DNA of 64,000 bases, taken from positions 124,001-188,000 of the forward strand of contig JAQGDQ010000073.1 of assembly GCA_030141605.1 (NCBI GenBank). The letters are read 5' to 3'. Numbering within the stretch: the first letter of the stretch is position 1; each line of letters opens with the position of its first letter. Under the pieces are notes generated by a model that had not been told where the DNA came from, ran no database searches, and was given only the letters and a program-made list of their open reading frames with translations. The position numbers were made by a program, and so were the translations under genes. Source of the stretch: Tubiluchus corallicola (lineage: Eukaryota; Animalia; Priapulida). Shown in pieces: positions 1 to 12,621 of the stretch.

Positions 1-975
1 TAATATTATAATCTATGTTTGTACCTAAAATTAAATTAAATTCAACATGCCTGAAGAAAAGACACTTAACTCACATAAATTTCGCAAAGTTTTGTCACTA
101 TTATCACGAATTATAATGAGTAATATTTTACCCATATCAATATTTTGAAATAAACACAATTATTCAATTATCATCAGAAACCCTTCCCAGGAGACCTTTC
201 ATTTTTGTAGAGTGAGCACTATGCAAGAACTTGCTCCTAATTCTTAACTCTGAACCACATTTGCATTTTCTATCTTTTGCTTATTTTTTACATTTTTGAG
301 ATAACTGCTACACATAAAATATGACTTAAGTAAAAAGTTTCGCCTTGTGCTACAATGTCAACTATAACAATAACAGTACCTTTTAAACGTGATAATATGC
401 TTCTAACAGCTTGTGCCAAAAAATTTCAGGAATGACATTTAGTCCATATGGTAGCCTCAGCTACCTGAATCTGCCAAAATGAGGTTTTGGATGTGGTAAG
501 TTTGCTATTCATATCATTTAACAGAAAATGCCAGTATCCTGATATCCTGATTTTAAGCATAATTTTCAAATTCTGTTGGCTTTCCTAACTCGTGAGCGTG
601 GAATTCTAGTACTGGTATGTTGTTGTTTATGCAGTAATCTAAGATGAGATCCTGATCTTAGAACACATAAATGTAAGTTTTAATGATTAAAAGTTAGCAA
701 TGTTATTCTTGAGGTTTATGTCTTCTTGTGAATGTATGTATCCTATTCTTCTATAGACCTTCTTCGTATAAATACTTTATTGTTCGGCACATGGTGATAT
801 TGTATATACCATATATATCCAACATTATAAGTTATAAGAGCAATACACCCAAAAAAGATATAATTCCTCCAACTTTTGTATAAGAATTGATGCCTTTGAC
901 AGAAGGTGATCATTATGAGTATTTGTGATGATTTCAGAAAATAATGGATTTTCAATAAACCGTATCTGTAAGTAT

Positions 976-1372
976 TAGGGATGAGCATTCTTTACTAGAA
1001 AGCGGATTTGATTCAAATCGAATTTTGTGACTTTTAGTATTTCAAATTATAATCAAATTCAAATTGAGTTTGAAAGATTTTCAAACAAATGTTTGAACCA
1101 CTAGTAAAAAGTGGTCTTACAAAGATCATGCATATTGTTTGATTTTGTTCTGTAGTAAAATCACTATTAGTTTGCTAAAAATTTTGCACAGAAACTGCAG
1201 CTAAATTGTGCTAATTGTACCGTTTCAGACATTTTAATGATAAAGAACGTATGTGACTGAAATACTGAATTACTTTAATCTATAATTTTAGGTTCGAATC
1301 GAATTCGAACTAAACAAACTTGTTCGAATAAAATTCGAACGTTCCAACTCGAACGTTTGATGCTCTCCCCTA
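976..1372. mobile_element. hAT-like non-autonomous DNA transposon (MITE)
   Basis: Ends TAGGGATGAGCA... and ...TGCTCTCCCCTA form an imperfect TIR. Flanking 8-mers GTAAGTAT (968-975) and GTAAGTAG (1373-1380) match 7/8, a likely TSD. Multiple subterminal TTCGAA/TTCAAA motifs. Confidence 0.7.
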
Positions 1373-1809
1373 GTAAGTAGTTTAAGCAAACGAGAAATGG
1401 AAAATACCACAAAATTACTGGTCACTAATTTCAAAATTTTATGAACATTTTGTTGAATTTTAAAATGATATTACTATCACTATTATTGACTGAGGTCGAT
1501 TATAATAATTTATTATGTTGCCCACAGAAAAACAATTTCTGTACTGAAATGTGATGTTTTTTCATTTCTTAGCTGTACTTAGCTAGAATGGAAAAAATTT
1601 TTGATACCATACAAATTAAAAAATTTGTTTGTGACCGCTACCATGACTACTAGCTATCGCGGCACTGAGGAGATTTATAAATGTAAAGAGTCGAGCAAGT
1701 GCTCCCAGAGAATGGCGCTGTTTTGAGTCAAATTCTAATAATGCGATAGATGCGTCAACGTGGTAGTCCTTGGCGCGAAAATGGTAGCTTACTGTATTGG
1801 TAAGTGATT

Positions 1810-2783
1810 TGTTGGGAGCCGTTTGGACCACTGCGCCAAGTAGACCACTTGATGCGCTAAAAGTAGTGTCCTACATGGGCAGCCCAAGTAGGACACTAGC
1901 GATTTTTGTCGAGAAACTTGCTCTGGCAAAACTTGTTTCCAGTTTATATTACCATTGTTTATAAGTATTGTTATGACATAATAAAGCATAAAACAAAATT
2001 TCTTTTAGAAATGGATATTCCTTGGCAATTTACAAATGCATTTCTTACAATAATTTCATCATTATGATTAACTCCATTAATATATCATAACATTAAACCT
2101 AGTATCTAATGCTTTAAAGAGAGAAATTCTGCACACAGTTATTACAGAAATAATTGCAAATTTAAAAATGAGACAGATGCTGCTAAGCCTTCACAACACC
2201 AAAAAGTAATTTTTAACATTTAAGAAAAGCAAGGATAATTAGTTTTAATATTATCAGTAGTATTGTAACATGTAGGGCACTGTCCTACATGGCTCGCTAG
2301 CCCATGTAGGACACATAGATCGCTAGAACGTTTACTTATAAGAAAACAATTATTTGCCCAAGAGGTAGTGAAACGGATCACCTGTTTGTGAAGTGAGACA
2401 AAATCAAAAATGATATACCTTAAACAAATGTTGAATTCGCAAAAAAGTGAGGTTTTTTCACTTCAACAACATTAATATCGAAACCAAATTTAATATTGTC
2501 CGTTCTACCAGCTCAGAATAAAATTCTTTTATTTTATTAGATGTATAATAAATTATTCAACGTGTATTAACGTTTTTAATTATTATTATTATATAAACAA
2601 GCACAACGGACGGTGTCAGTACACTTAACGACTGAATTCACGACCTGTCTCTAGTGTCCTACTTGGGCAGCCCAAGTAGACCGCGGTCTACTTGGGCTAG
2701 CCCATGTAGACCGCGATCTACTTAGGCTAGCCCAAGTAGACCAATTGGTCTACTTGGCGCAGTGGTCCAAACGGCTCCCAACA
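1810..2783. mobile_element. Non-autonomous TIR element with TGTT...AACA ends and 5-bp TSD (Ginger-like MITE)
   Basis: Perfect 38-bp TIR TGTTGGGAGCCGTTTGGACCACTGCGCCAAGTAGACCA (1810-1847 and 2746-2783). TGATT is duplicated at 1805-1809 and 2784-2788. No coding capacity. The superfamily is inferred from the termini only. Confidence 0.85.
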
Positions 2784-3299
2784 TGATTGATTAAATTCGA
2801 GACATGTAGTTACTGTACTAGAACAACGTTGCAAACAAATGAAAAGTTCAGGAAATATATGAAAACGATTAACAAAATTTGGTATTCATTTATTACAATT
2901 TTATTGTACACAAATATTTATTTTTAAAAAGTGCAATAAGATTAAAATATAATTTAATGCTAATAAACTGAATTTCAGGCTGCCTGCCTGTTATTGTGCT
3001 TGTTTTGGTATGTTGAAGTTCATGATTTTGAATAATCACAATTATCGTTTCTTTAGATATTATACTACAACAGATGGCACACACACATTTGAATTTAACT
3101 TTTTATTTCAGTAATTTATTAATTATTTTACGTGGTGGTTTAGTATTTGTTAATGCAATACAAAGAATCACACACTGTAAGTCATAAATACTATTTACAA
3201 GCATACACAAAAAACTGTAAGCTTTCTATAACATAACTCCTTACAATATAAATTAAAAAATCGTGTGTAAAAGCTGCATCACTATTTAGCACATGCATA

Positions 3300-4560
3300 T
3301 GCTTGGCGTGTACCTAATATTCACTGTTAAATAACTGCTTCATGATGGTATAATTACTATTTATTGTCCCTGTATACATAATAAACATGCATTTTCTTTC
3401 TAATACAATCAAAGTACTTCAAATTGTATGTGACGCGGAGCTGCCTTGCACTAAAGTTGAAAGGTTTTCTGAGCACTTATGCAAAAAATATTGTATTTTC
3501 CCCATAGTTTTTTTGATATTACACGGATTTTAGTTTTTCCAGGTAGCACATGCAGTAATAGTTGCTGTAGTAACTGCTTATCGAACATCTTTTTAAATCA
3601 TCACTACAGTTTTTAACTTTATCTAGCAATTTGTTTGCCCTACAATAAAACCGAGAACGTTGCTTTATAATTTCTACATCATTTTTGTTGTCTGAAGTTA
3701 TGATATGTCCTAAGGATTTTTCTTGATAATATAAATTTCTTTTGCAATTCTTTACATGTATTATTTATAACATTTTTCTCGATTTCATAGAGATTAAATT
3801 TGTTTTGCACTCATATCAGGAGTGTTAGATGATTGAGTTGTGCATGCAGGCCATCAGGCCTAAGGACTTGCGTAGTTTTAACTCTTGTAGGCAGGCTTGG
3901 ACTTCGTGAGCCGTACATCGAGTATGGAATCTAGTTCGGTTGTCAAAGCCCTTGACAATTCTTCAGGCATATTCCCGTTGTCTACCGAGCTAAGCAGGTT
4001 AGAATAGTGATCTTTCCACATACACAAATGCCTTCCTCACCTGTGGCTCAACTTAGTACTTTTTTGTTAGTCTGAGCTCTGATCGTTTTCCAGAACTCAT
4101 ACGAGGTAGCTTGCATATACTTATATGCAATATTATAGGCTATAATACCAGCCTTATGTATCCTGCAGTCTCTAACTGCATACTTAAATTGTGCACGCAC
4201 ATGCTTCAAGTTTTCTGCCAGAAAACAGTGTCGAGTTTTACCATGGAGGTGCCACAAAGTAAAACAGTTTTATTTTCATGTTGATCTTTTTCTCAGATAT
4301 AAACATTCTACCTGAAACTGCTTTTATAATTACGATGTTTGTTATTATGATTAGCAGTGCATTTAGGAATAGCTGGAATTGAAGCCATACAAAGTGTGTC
4401 CACAGTTGTTGTATAATAAATGTTCATTTGGTTCCTGTGGTCAACTAATGTGCAGTTACTATGTTCGCACAAATTAAATACGTGGTATGGAAGTTGTACT
4501 GCTGATAAGGTTGAGTATGGTGTATTGCAGTAACCAGTAATATGCCTGCCTGTGGCAATG
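3300..4560 (-). mobile_element. Degraded non-LTR retrotransposon ORF2 fragment, RTE-X-like
   Basis: Minus-strand peptides, broken by frameshifts: WHLHGKTR...RAQFKYAVR...FWKTIR, WKDHYSNLLSSV, LKLRKSLG/PDGLHA and SLGHIITSDNKNDVEIIKQRSRFYCRANKLL. These resemble RTE-X linker and post-RT motifs. The RT core is missing. Boundaries approximate. Confidence 0.7.
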
Positions 4561-5769
4561 TCCAATTTACAGCATGACAGTGTTGCATATTTGTTTGTTT
4601 TGGGCATTTTTGAACAATACTTTCAGAAACTCCTTCAGTAGTATTGCTAGTAAGCTCTGCAAACTCATTTCACAGTTTGTCTAACATTTTTTCTGGAGAA
4701 AAAGAGCCATCGGGTGTGTTATGGAAATGTTTAAGGGAGTTTTACAGCTCTTTTGAAAGAGAAAAAGCTGTGCTACAAGATGATATAAGTTTTTTCTCAA
4801 AACACCCAGTGGCCTCGAATATGGATCAACACATTCCATGCAAAATACCGGAAATTTCACATCTCAAACTGGGTTCTCATGCAACACGCGTAATGTCACA
4901 CAGTCGCTCAGTGCACCGGTGTTATACCTATTGTAAACTGCATGATTGCTCTCAAGCTCGGAATTGGCGTAGTTGTAAAGAAACCTATATTTTGCATCTA
5001 AAACTAAAAGCTATGAGTTACCCCGTTAAAGCTTTCTACCTCACATCTTTTATATCTTTTTCTGGTTCACACTGTTTGGACATTATGCAAAATGTTTATG
5101 CCAGGTTTTGCTAGTTTCTACAAAATTATATTAGCTTACATTTTCGTTAAAATTGGTTTGAATGTGCTAATGTTAAAATTCTACTTCTGTGGCCACGTTG
5201 TGTGCTTTTTATGCTAAGAAAAGCAATGCAGGACTTTGTTAGTAATTAGACTGTGACTGGCCACCTGTCAAGAATTATAGTTTCAATTTTACTAAAACAA
5301 AATTCACTTCCTAAGTAATTATACGTTGCGGATTCAACGGAGGCAATATTTTGTCCTTCAGAGTCTTGACACCTGAGAAAAAGTGACAAGTTGCGATTTC
5401 ACTGAAGCTTTTAATGTCAGCTCTTACATACATGATGTTAACAATTTTGAAAAACATTTGATTTGAAAAACAAAAGCTGCCACATAAGCAGAATCTTACT
5501 ACAGTTATATAATTATATATTAGTTATTATTATATATTAGTGGTCATCGACTTGCTTTGTTTGCTAATATAATTTTTGTTATGCATTGTCGTCAGTTCTG
5601 TTATGCAGCTGGAGTGGTGTAAGCTCCTAGAATGAAAACTAAAAAGTTGGTAGCACATGTGATTTCTTATGCTGTTCGAGACACTTTATTAATCTTACTT
5701 CCCCTTTCAGGTATATGCAATTAACAGGTGAAAGGGGACAGATATCATAGATGTTACATCCAAAAGGCT

Positions 5770-8700
5770 ATGCCGTTGTCATTTGACGTAGAATGTGAAT
5801 CAAGTTTCTTTTCAAGGATCGTGCTAGGCTTATTTGCTGATGTGGATTGTCGCGAATTGAGGAAGAAAATTTTAAGTGGAGATGTGCCAGCCAGTGCCAT
5901 AAAGGCAGCAGTGGTAAGACCTGCTTCTAATTGTGCAGACTATTGCCATAGTAACTCTACAGAAAATTTGAAGTTTTTGGTACTTTCTATTATTATTCTA
6001 CTATTAAGCAAATTATTTTAATTAAATACAATTCTGAATCTGATTTGATTCACTTTTTCTAATTTTTCCAGCCCAACTTGATGACGTAACACACATTCTC
6101 ACAAACTCCCTCCCTGTAAGTGTTTACAGCATGTAAATAAATGAAAAACAGGGAAAAATTTGGTATTAGTAAATTTGATACAGGTAAATTTGGTCCTAGT
6201 AATTTTGGTGCACGGAAATTTTGTTACCTGAAAATTGGCAGCTAGGAATTTATAGTATACCAAAATTTTACCACTAGGAAAATTGGGTACAGGGAAAATG
6301 TGGTACTGGGTAGATTTAATACAGTACTGGCAAAGGTTGGCAAGTATTTTAGTACAAGGTAAAAATGGTACGGAACAGGTTTGGTGTTAGGAAAGTTTAG
6401 TACTGGAAAAGCTTAACTGGTACTAGGAAAATATGGTACGAGTGAAGTAACTTTTGTAAAATCTACAAAATGATCATACATTCAAGATCATATTAGACAT
6501 TATGAATGATCAGTCTTAAAGACTTATATAAGCAATATTAGGGTTAATACAATATAAGTTAATTCCCAGATAAACTGTGACTGACAAATAAGAGGCCTGC
6601 CAAATACTGGATGTTCAACCTTAATAAACATTAATGCAAGCATTTGGCAATCTCTTTGGCAATTCGGCATAAAAGATTTAATTAAAAAAATAGGAAACTG
6701 ATTATCTTGGGGCAGACAGCACTTTTATTAATTTAATGGCTCAGCTTATGTTATCTACCTAGCTGAGAGAGATTTTTTAATGCGACAGATTTGCTTGAGT
6801 TTTTGGCTTGGTGAAGCTGATGAATCTGACTGTTCCTAATCTTTCCAGGCACTATACAACTGCATAACTATTACTCAAGCATGTTTCACCACTATAATGT
6901 CTCTGTACTACTGCTAGACAAATTTTAGTTGCAGAAATCTTGTATGGCTGGAGAAAAAAAAAATCACTTGACCTTAACTCTTGCAATATATTTCAATGCA
7001 ATTTCTGCACGAGTTTGTGAGCCGCTGTCATTGCACAACTCAGATGAAAGAGGAGGCAAGACAAAGGGAGAGCTAATTGCTGTCACTAGGGGGACTCCCG
7101 GTGGTTGATTAACGTTTTGTAATCTATGTACCGAGCTATGAATTCATGGAGTCTGTCGTTTATATTAATATATTAACTACTTCTTTCAGGTGGTGGATCC
7201 GTTTCAGGTGGCTACGGCTGCAATGAAGGCAATACATTCGCATGAGAACAATAAGATGTCAACAAAAAATCTCTACAGTGAAATCCTGTTTAATCTGTCT
7301 GTTTCGAAAAGTGTACGTTTTAATCGACCCTTTGAAACTTTTGACATGATGATAAGTTGAAGGCCTAAGTTTCTTAATAAAACTAGTCAAATCTAGTCAC
7401 ATTAAATGAGTGATCTTGAGCTACTTGGAAAAATTTCGAAACGTTTCAGAAGAGTCACTGTCACTATAAGCAAAATAAGCGTGAAAAAGATCATGCAATG
7501 AAATGTGTACTTCCTGAAACTGGAGTATTAAGAATTTCATTTTATCCTTGTGCTCAAGATAGTCTCAAGTTGATAGATTAACTTGCTAGGATGTATCAAT
7601 GTATTCTTAATTCTAGAATTAATTCATGCAAATTTGAGTGGATGTGTTCATATTGGTGATTGCACTTTATTGCTTAGTACATTTCATTTCATTAGTGTTC
7701 ATATGTAATAAAGCAATATGTATGAAAAGTGACAGAGCAAAAGTCTAAAGTAGTTTTTTTTTTGTAAGATTGTAGAAGCTTTTCGAACAATCGGGGTTGA
7801 AGACAATGACTCAGTAACTGTTATTGTGACGACAAATGATACCTTCGATGATGTTGCAAAGGCTGTTAATGGAAGAGAGTTACCAATAGAAGAGCTAACA
7901 GCTATTACAGACATTCCTCTTGTGAAAAAGGTATACATGTATATTGTATTTTAACTCGTGAAAAGCTTATCAAACCATTTTTTCTTCAGCCTCTATCTAT
8001 GTCTTAAAGGCTGTAATGGTACTGATGTACAGGCACATTTTGTTTATGTACAGTAAGTCTTCGTTTAACGACAATGCATTTCAGCAAAACGTGACGTTAA
8101 GCAAGACGTTGTTAAACGAAGCCAAGACTTCCATAGAAGGTAATATAAAACAACTGAGATATGTTCCAGAGGCATAAACCAATCTGCTTAAATAATATAA
8201 GTTAAAAGTTTTATGAGTTTACTCATGTTTCTGCTGATTAAATTCCTTCTGCATGCTTGAAACCACATATATTTTACTAACCTAGCTAGCGGTTTTTCTT
8301 GTTTTAACTTTCAAGTGTAGCCAGCGGTTAAACAATAAGCTCTGCAACGGAGTCACATCCAAGCGCTGGACGACCTTGGAAATATTATCTAGTCTGGTTA
8401 CCATAGCAACAGGTTGCAGGCAAAATTCTTTGCATAAAGTTTATTCTAGGTCTGGTTTGATACAAACGGCTAGCATTTAGTCAGTCAGGAAGCAAAATAT
8501 ATACTCGTATAATATATTGCACTAATTACTATAATGTAATTGCATTCTATTACGTTACTAGTGTGTTTTTAGAACAGAAAAATGCAATACTTACTGTTTT
8601 AATAAATCAAATTGGGTAAAAAAAGTTGTTGATAAAACAAAAATTGGCTTCGAGCAAAGCAAAAAGAACATCGTTAAAACAAAACAGTACTATGTAAAAG

Positions 8701-9036
8701 AGGTGTCAAATGTCATTAAACTGGGAGTTAAGCGAGCATGTATTGTACATATTTATTATTTTCTTTGTGTCATTGCTTTTGAGGATGACATGTAGAAAGA
8801 AACTAGGTTCGAACATGCCTTTCAAAGTTTCCGTATGTCCACATGGAGTAGTCTTTCAAATTCTTATGCTAAGACAGCATTTTGGTTTCAAATTTGACTT
8901 TTCTGAACTTGCATAAGTTTATAGTTATTGTTAATCTACCTTTCAGCTTTACAAGATAAAGGACGTAGAACTGAGCAGTGGCACATTACTGGATGCGATC
9001 ACCACGACGATAGTTGCAAAAGAATTCTTGTCCTGA
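5770..9036 (+). CDS. TPRKB: EKC/KEOPS complex subunit TPRKB (CGI-121), 4 coding exons, 172 aa
   Basis: Exons 5770-5913, 7190-7312, 7769-7930, 8947-9036, all joined by phase-0 GT-AG introns. Peptides VVDPFQVATAAMKAIHSHENNKMSTKNLYSEILFNLS, IVEAFRTIG and KKLYKI...LLDAITTTIVAKEF match the CGI-121 family. AATAAA at 9153. Confidence 0.93.
6148..6440. repeat. Degenerate ~15-bp tandem repeat (GGAAAATTTGGTACA-like) in TPRKB intron
   Basis: Recurrent GGAAAA/AAATTTGGTAC variants over about 290 bp, highly diverged. Confidence 0.7.
8051..8745 (+). mobile_element. pogo/Tigger-like MITE, copy A
   Basis: Starts TA|CAGTAAGTCTTCGTTTAACG and ends in a degenerate inverse (GTTAAGCGAGCATGTATTG|TA). Colinear homology with 49988-50676, e.g. 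the shared AAACGAAGCCAAGACTTCCATAGAA. Confidence 0.8.
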
Positions 9037-11597
9037 CACTTTTGCCACGAAATTTCCCCATTATTTAGCAGAAGCGCTGATAGTTGCACTAAGAAATGGC
9101 AATTCAAAAAGTGAATGCAATAACTGTATCAAATGAATATGTAACTTGCTTGAATAAAATCACTTTTTGAAAAAATGCAATTGTGAGTGTCTTTTCCAAT
9201 GAATATTAATTGGTTTGCAAAAGGAAAAGAACTGTGCAGTTTGCTGAGGGTAAAGCTTTGTCAGCACCATAAGAAACAGTCTGTTTTGTCATTATGCAGA
9301 CAATGGGGACAAGTAACTCTACGTATGTGCAAGAACACCACTATAGTTAACACTTGCTAGTGATTTAACTACAAAGAAATTTTACTTATATGATCTCCTA
9401 GTTAGTGTATGTCAAGAAACTGCTATGTGTACATTGTACAGTCTGTACCCTGCTTATAATTAATGGAAGTTGTTGAAACTATAGACGAAAAATCTGTTAG
9501 TACAACATGTGGTAAAATAACTGTAATGTTTCTTTTTGTCTAGATTAATTTATGGAAACTTGAATGCGATTTAGTTAGTCATTTAGCCATTCATTCACGT
9601 ACGCACTTTACGAAAATTAAGTCGTTTAATGAAATTACTGAAGTGTCTGAAACGATTTACGGTGAAGTGATAGCAGAAAATTTACGTCTTGAAAAGGTAT
9701 TTTTAACTAAAGAATATTTGAGCATACGGAACACTAAACTGTCTCTTCTTTTTGTTGTAGGCATATTTATTCTTTAATACTAAAATGTTTAGTATTCCAT
9801 AATGATAATGCAAAGCTAAACAGTTAGTATTGTTGCACCTGAATCCCCCTCCGCCTTGAAACAGTAGGTTGAAAATAGAATTTTTCTCAGTTTAATCTTT
9901 GGGGCAGGATCATAATTGAGTGTATTGATTCCATCAATGCTTCTAAATGAACTTAGGTGGAGTTTGCATATTAGTATTTATTTGCCAACTTGGAAATTAA
10001 AAATATTATTTCATTTTGGTTATTTATCAAAATATAGGAGCACATGCTACATTTACTAACAACACAATTATGCAATACCAAATGTATTCTCTTTTTATAA
10101 TGAGCACTTATCTTTAACTTGGTGGCCATCTTAAAAATAATGACTTGTGCTTGTTTAATTGCTTTTCCTGGAAGTACATGCACATGTTTATACTTGTTGA
10201 AAATAGTACAGTACTGTACATTTGTACAGTGGTAGATGACTCTTTAGTAATTATAGCACTCAAGTCAAAAAACTTGTCGACCAACTTGAAAAATAGCAAA
10301 GTGACATCACTTTCCTTTAATTAGGAAACTTATGTTATATGAGACCAAGACTGTCATGAAATTGTCTTACTAAAACTCTCACAACCAGCTTTGCGATAAC
10401 TTTTACTGTTTGTTACAAACACAGATTTATATTGTACTGCAGTTACTCATATCTCAGTTACATCATAAATTTTGTAGCACTAATTAACGTCTTTGAACAT
10501 TGACAGGTTTTTTGCTTCATAATAATGTATTGTATTCCCCCAATGTTAGCACATAAAAATTCCAAAAAATGTCTGGAAGTTCTTAAAGATTGTTGATTAT
10601 GACAATTCTTAAATTAACAAAACAGCAATGTCCCATTCGGTTGCATAATGGTAATTTCTCTGAATTTGTTAATGCTAATAAAACTTAACATAAAGTATTA
10701 CAGAATTCACCAGTTGATTTAAACCAATATTATTGAAATATATAGCTTATCACAAGTTTGTTTGCAAATTTCGAACATGGACAACTTATAATAGAGTGTA
10801 AATACAAGTATTAGAAAATTCTTCGTTAACTGATTTTATGTTCAATTGTAGGACTTCTCGTAAAAATGTGCAAGTTCTATGTTTCTTTGAGAAATAGCTT
10901 TCTTCCTGAATTTTTACCCTTCAACATTGGACTAGCCATTAATATTTTCCTGTGTTGATAACAAATGCTATATTATTTATCAAACGAGCAGGCCAATTTC
11001 TTGGCTTTTATTAGCATTTAACTGCTATGGTTTATAACAAATGAATCGTGAATGGTTGTTAGTTTCATCAATTGTTTTGGTATGAAAACGAGTAAACATG
11101 TAAAAACTGTTCGGCATGGCAGGATACATGTGGCGGTCGTATTGAGCTTTTTTGTGTTATAGCAAGACGAAAATATTTCGTTCATTACTTTTAAGAGAAA
11201 CCTGGGTAGAACTTACAGATAAAGTTGTGTTGAAAGGCAAAAGCTAAGTGCCGAAATTAGTTTAAAAACATAAGAACATAAGCCCAAAACCAGTGAAAAA
11301 TGGTAATTAATCTAATAGTGAATGTTAACTGTTATATAATTAATTAATTTTGAAAGTTAGAAATTTTGACATTCTTATAAAGTTTATTATGTATTTTTTT
11401 AGTTGACCCACTTATGTCAATTATTGGAGCTAAATAAACTACTGATAACAGCAAATATGTATATATATATATGTCACACTTTTTTACAAATTTGTGGCCA
11501 TGTTTACAAGAAAGCCCAAATTAAAAAAAGGCTAGACTTCTACAAAAGTCTATTATTTTATCCCTTATATTAATATTCTTGGTATGGGCTTAATTTA

Positions 11598-12381
11598 TTT
11601 ATATATATATAAGATTCGAGGCTACAGCTCGGACGAGGGCACCATTTGCGGCGATCTATATATCAAACGAAAGGTCTCGATCTAGTGTTTTCTCATTGAT
11701 GGTTTATTTTTCGAATCGTGCCCACCGTAACGGGCGGCGAAAAAACCCCAAAAATTGCCCTTTTTCGGCCGTTTTTTGCAAAAGTTATACAGCTGAGATG
11801 TAGAGAACGGGAACGGGCGAGGGGGGTGCTGGATATGGATAGATAGCTCGTTCAGCGGTAGGTGTAGTAGGCATATTTAGAATTCCCGAGAGGGCCAGGG
11901 CGCCCCGCAACGGGCGTTTTCCCGGACCCAACTCGCGATTTTTTCGAAATTTTGACCAAACAGCATGCGGGAAAAACGTTCTAGCGGAGGCCCGGTGGGA
12001 CTCTCGGAAGGAGATTTATAGCTCATCAGAAAGAGGAAGAACGTGGCTACACGATGATGTGGGATATATTTTAGGGCAGGTCCACCGAGAGGAGTATCAA
12101 CGAGTTAGTTAGGAGTTCTATTTTCGGCAATTTTCACTTAGAAAACTGTTGTGACGAATTCCATTGTGCTGACGTCATCCATTATTGCTTATAGCTTTAA
12201 TTCAGCAAAAAGCTGCTTTGCGTTAGTTAAACATACAGTAGGCACGAGTACAGGTTTTGCTTTAGGTAAGTAGGCAGGATGTTACGGGCTTTGTGTTATA
12301 AATGAGGACTTGGTAGGACGTTTGCGTATTATTGATTACACGTGTATTTATACGCAAAATCTTTTGCGGGGCCTTTGCTAG
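11598..12381 (+). mobile_element. Non-autonomous Helitron-like element
   Basis: Island visibly richer in GC/CpG than its flanks. 5' end A|TTTATATATATATAAG. 3' hairpin CGCAAAA-TC-TTTTGCG lies about 9 nt before CTAG|T. No TIR or TSD. Confidence 0.65.
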
Positions 12382-12621
12382 TTAGCATATTATTTATGTA
12401 AGCTCAAGAAGTAATACGTAATCATAATGTATTATTATATCTGCACTTGTGTACGACATTAACTGCAAAATACAAGTATATTTACACATATATTTACAAA
12501 TATTCATATAATACATTACAGCTTTTCCTTTACAAAATTTGCCTCAAAAATAAGCCATTTATACAAATCAGCTTTGCAGCAATTAGAAAAATGTACAATA
12601 TTAGACAGTAAAATAGCACAT

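Noticed and set aside
430-496. Possible exon (TTTCAG|GAATG...GATGTG|GTAAGT)
   Set aside because: Good splice signals but no recognisable peptide. It may be a UTR exon but cannot be supported from sequence alone.
4644-5114. 156-aa plus-strand ORF
   Set aside because: Non-ATG start, no recognisable motifs, adjacent to a decayed LINE; probably chance.
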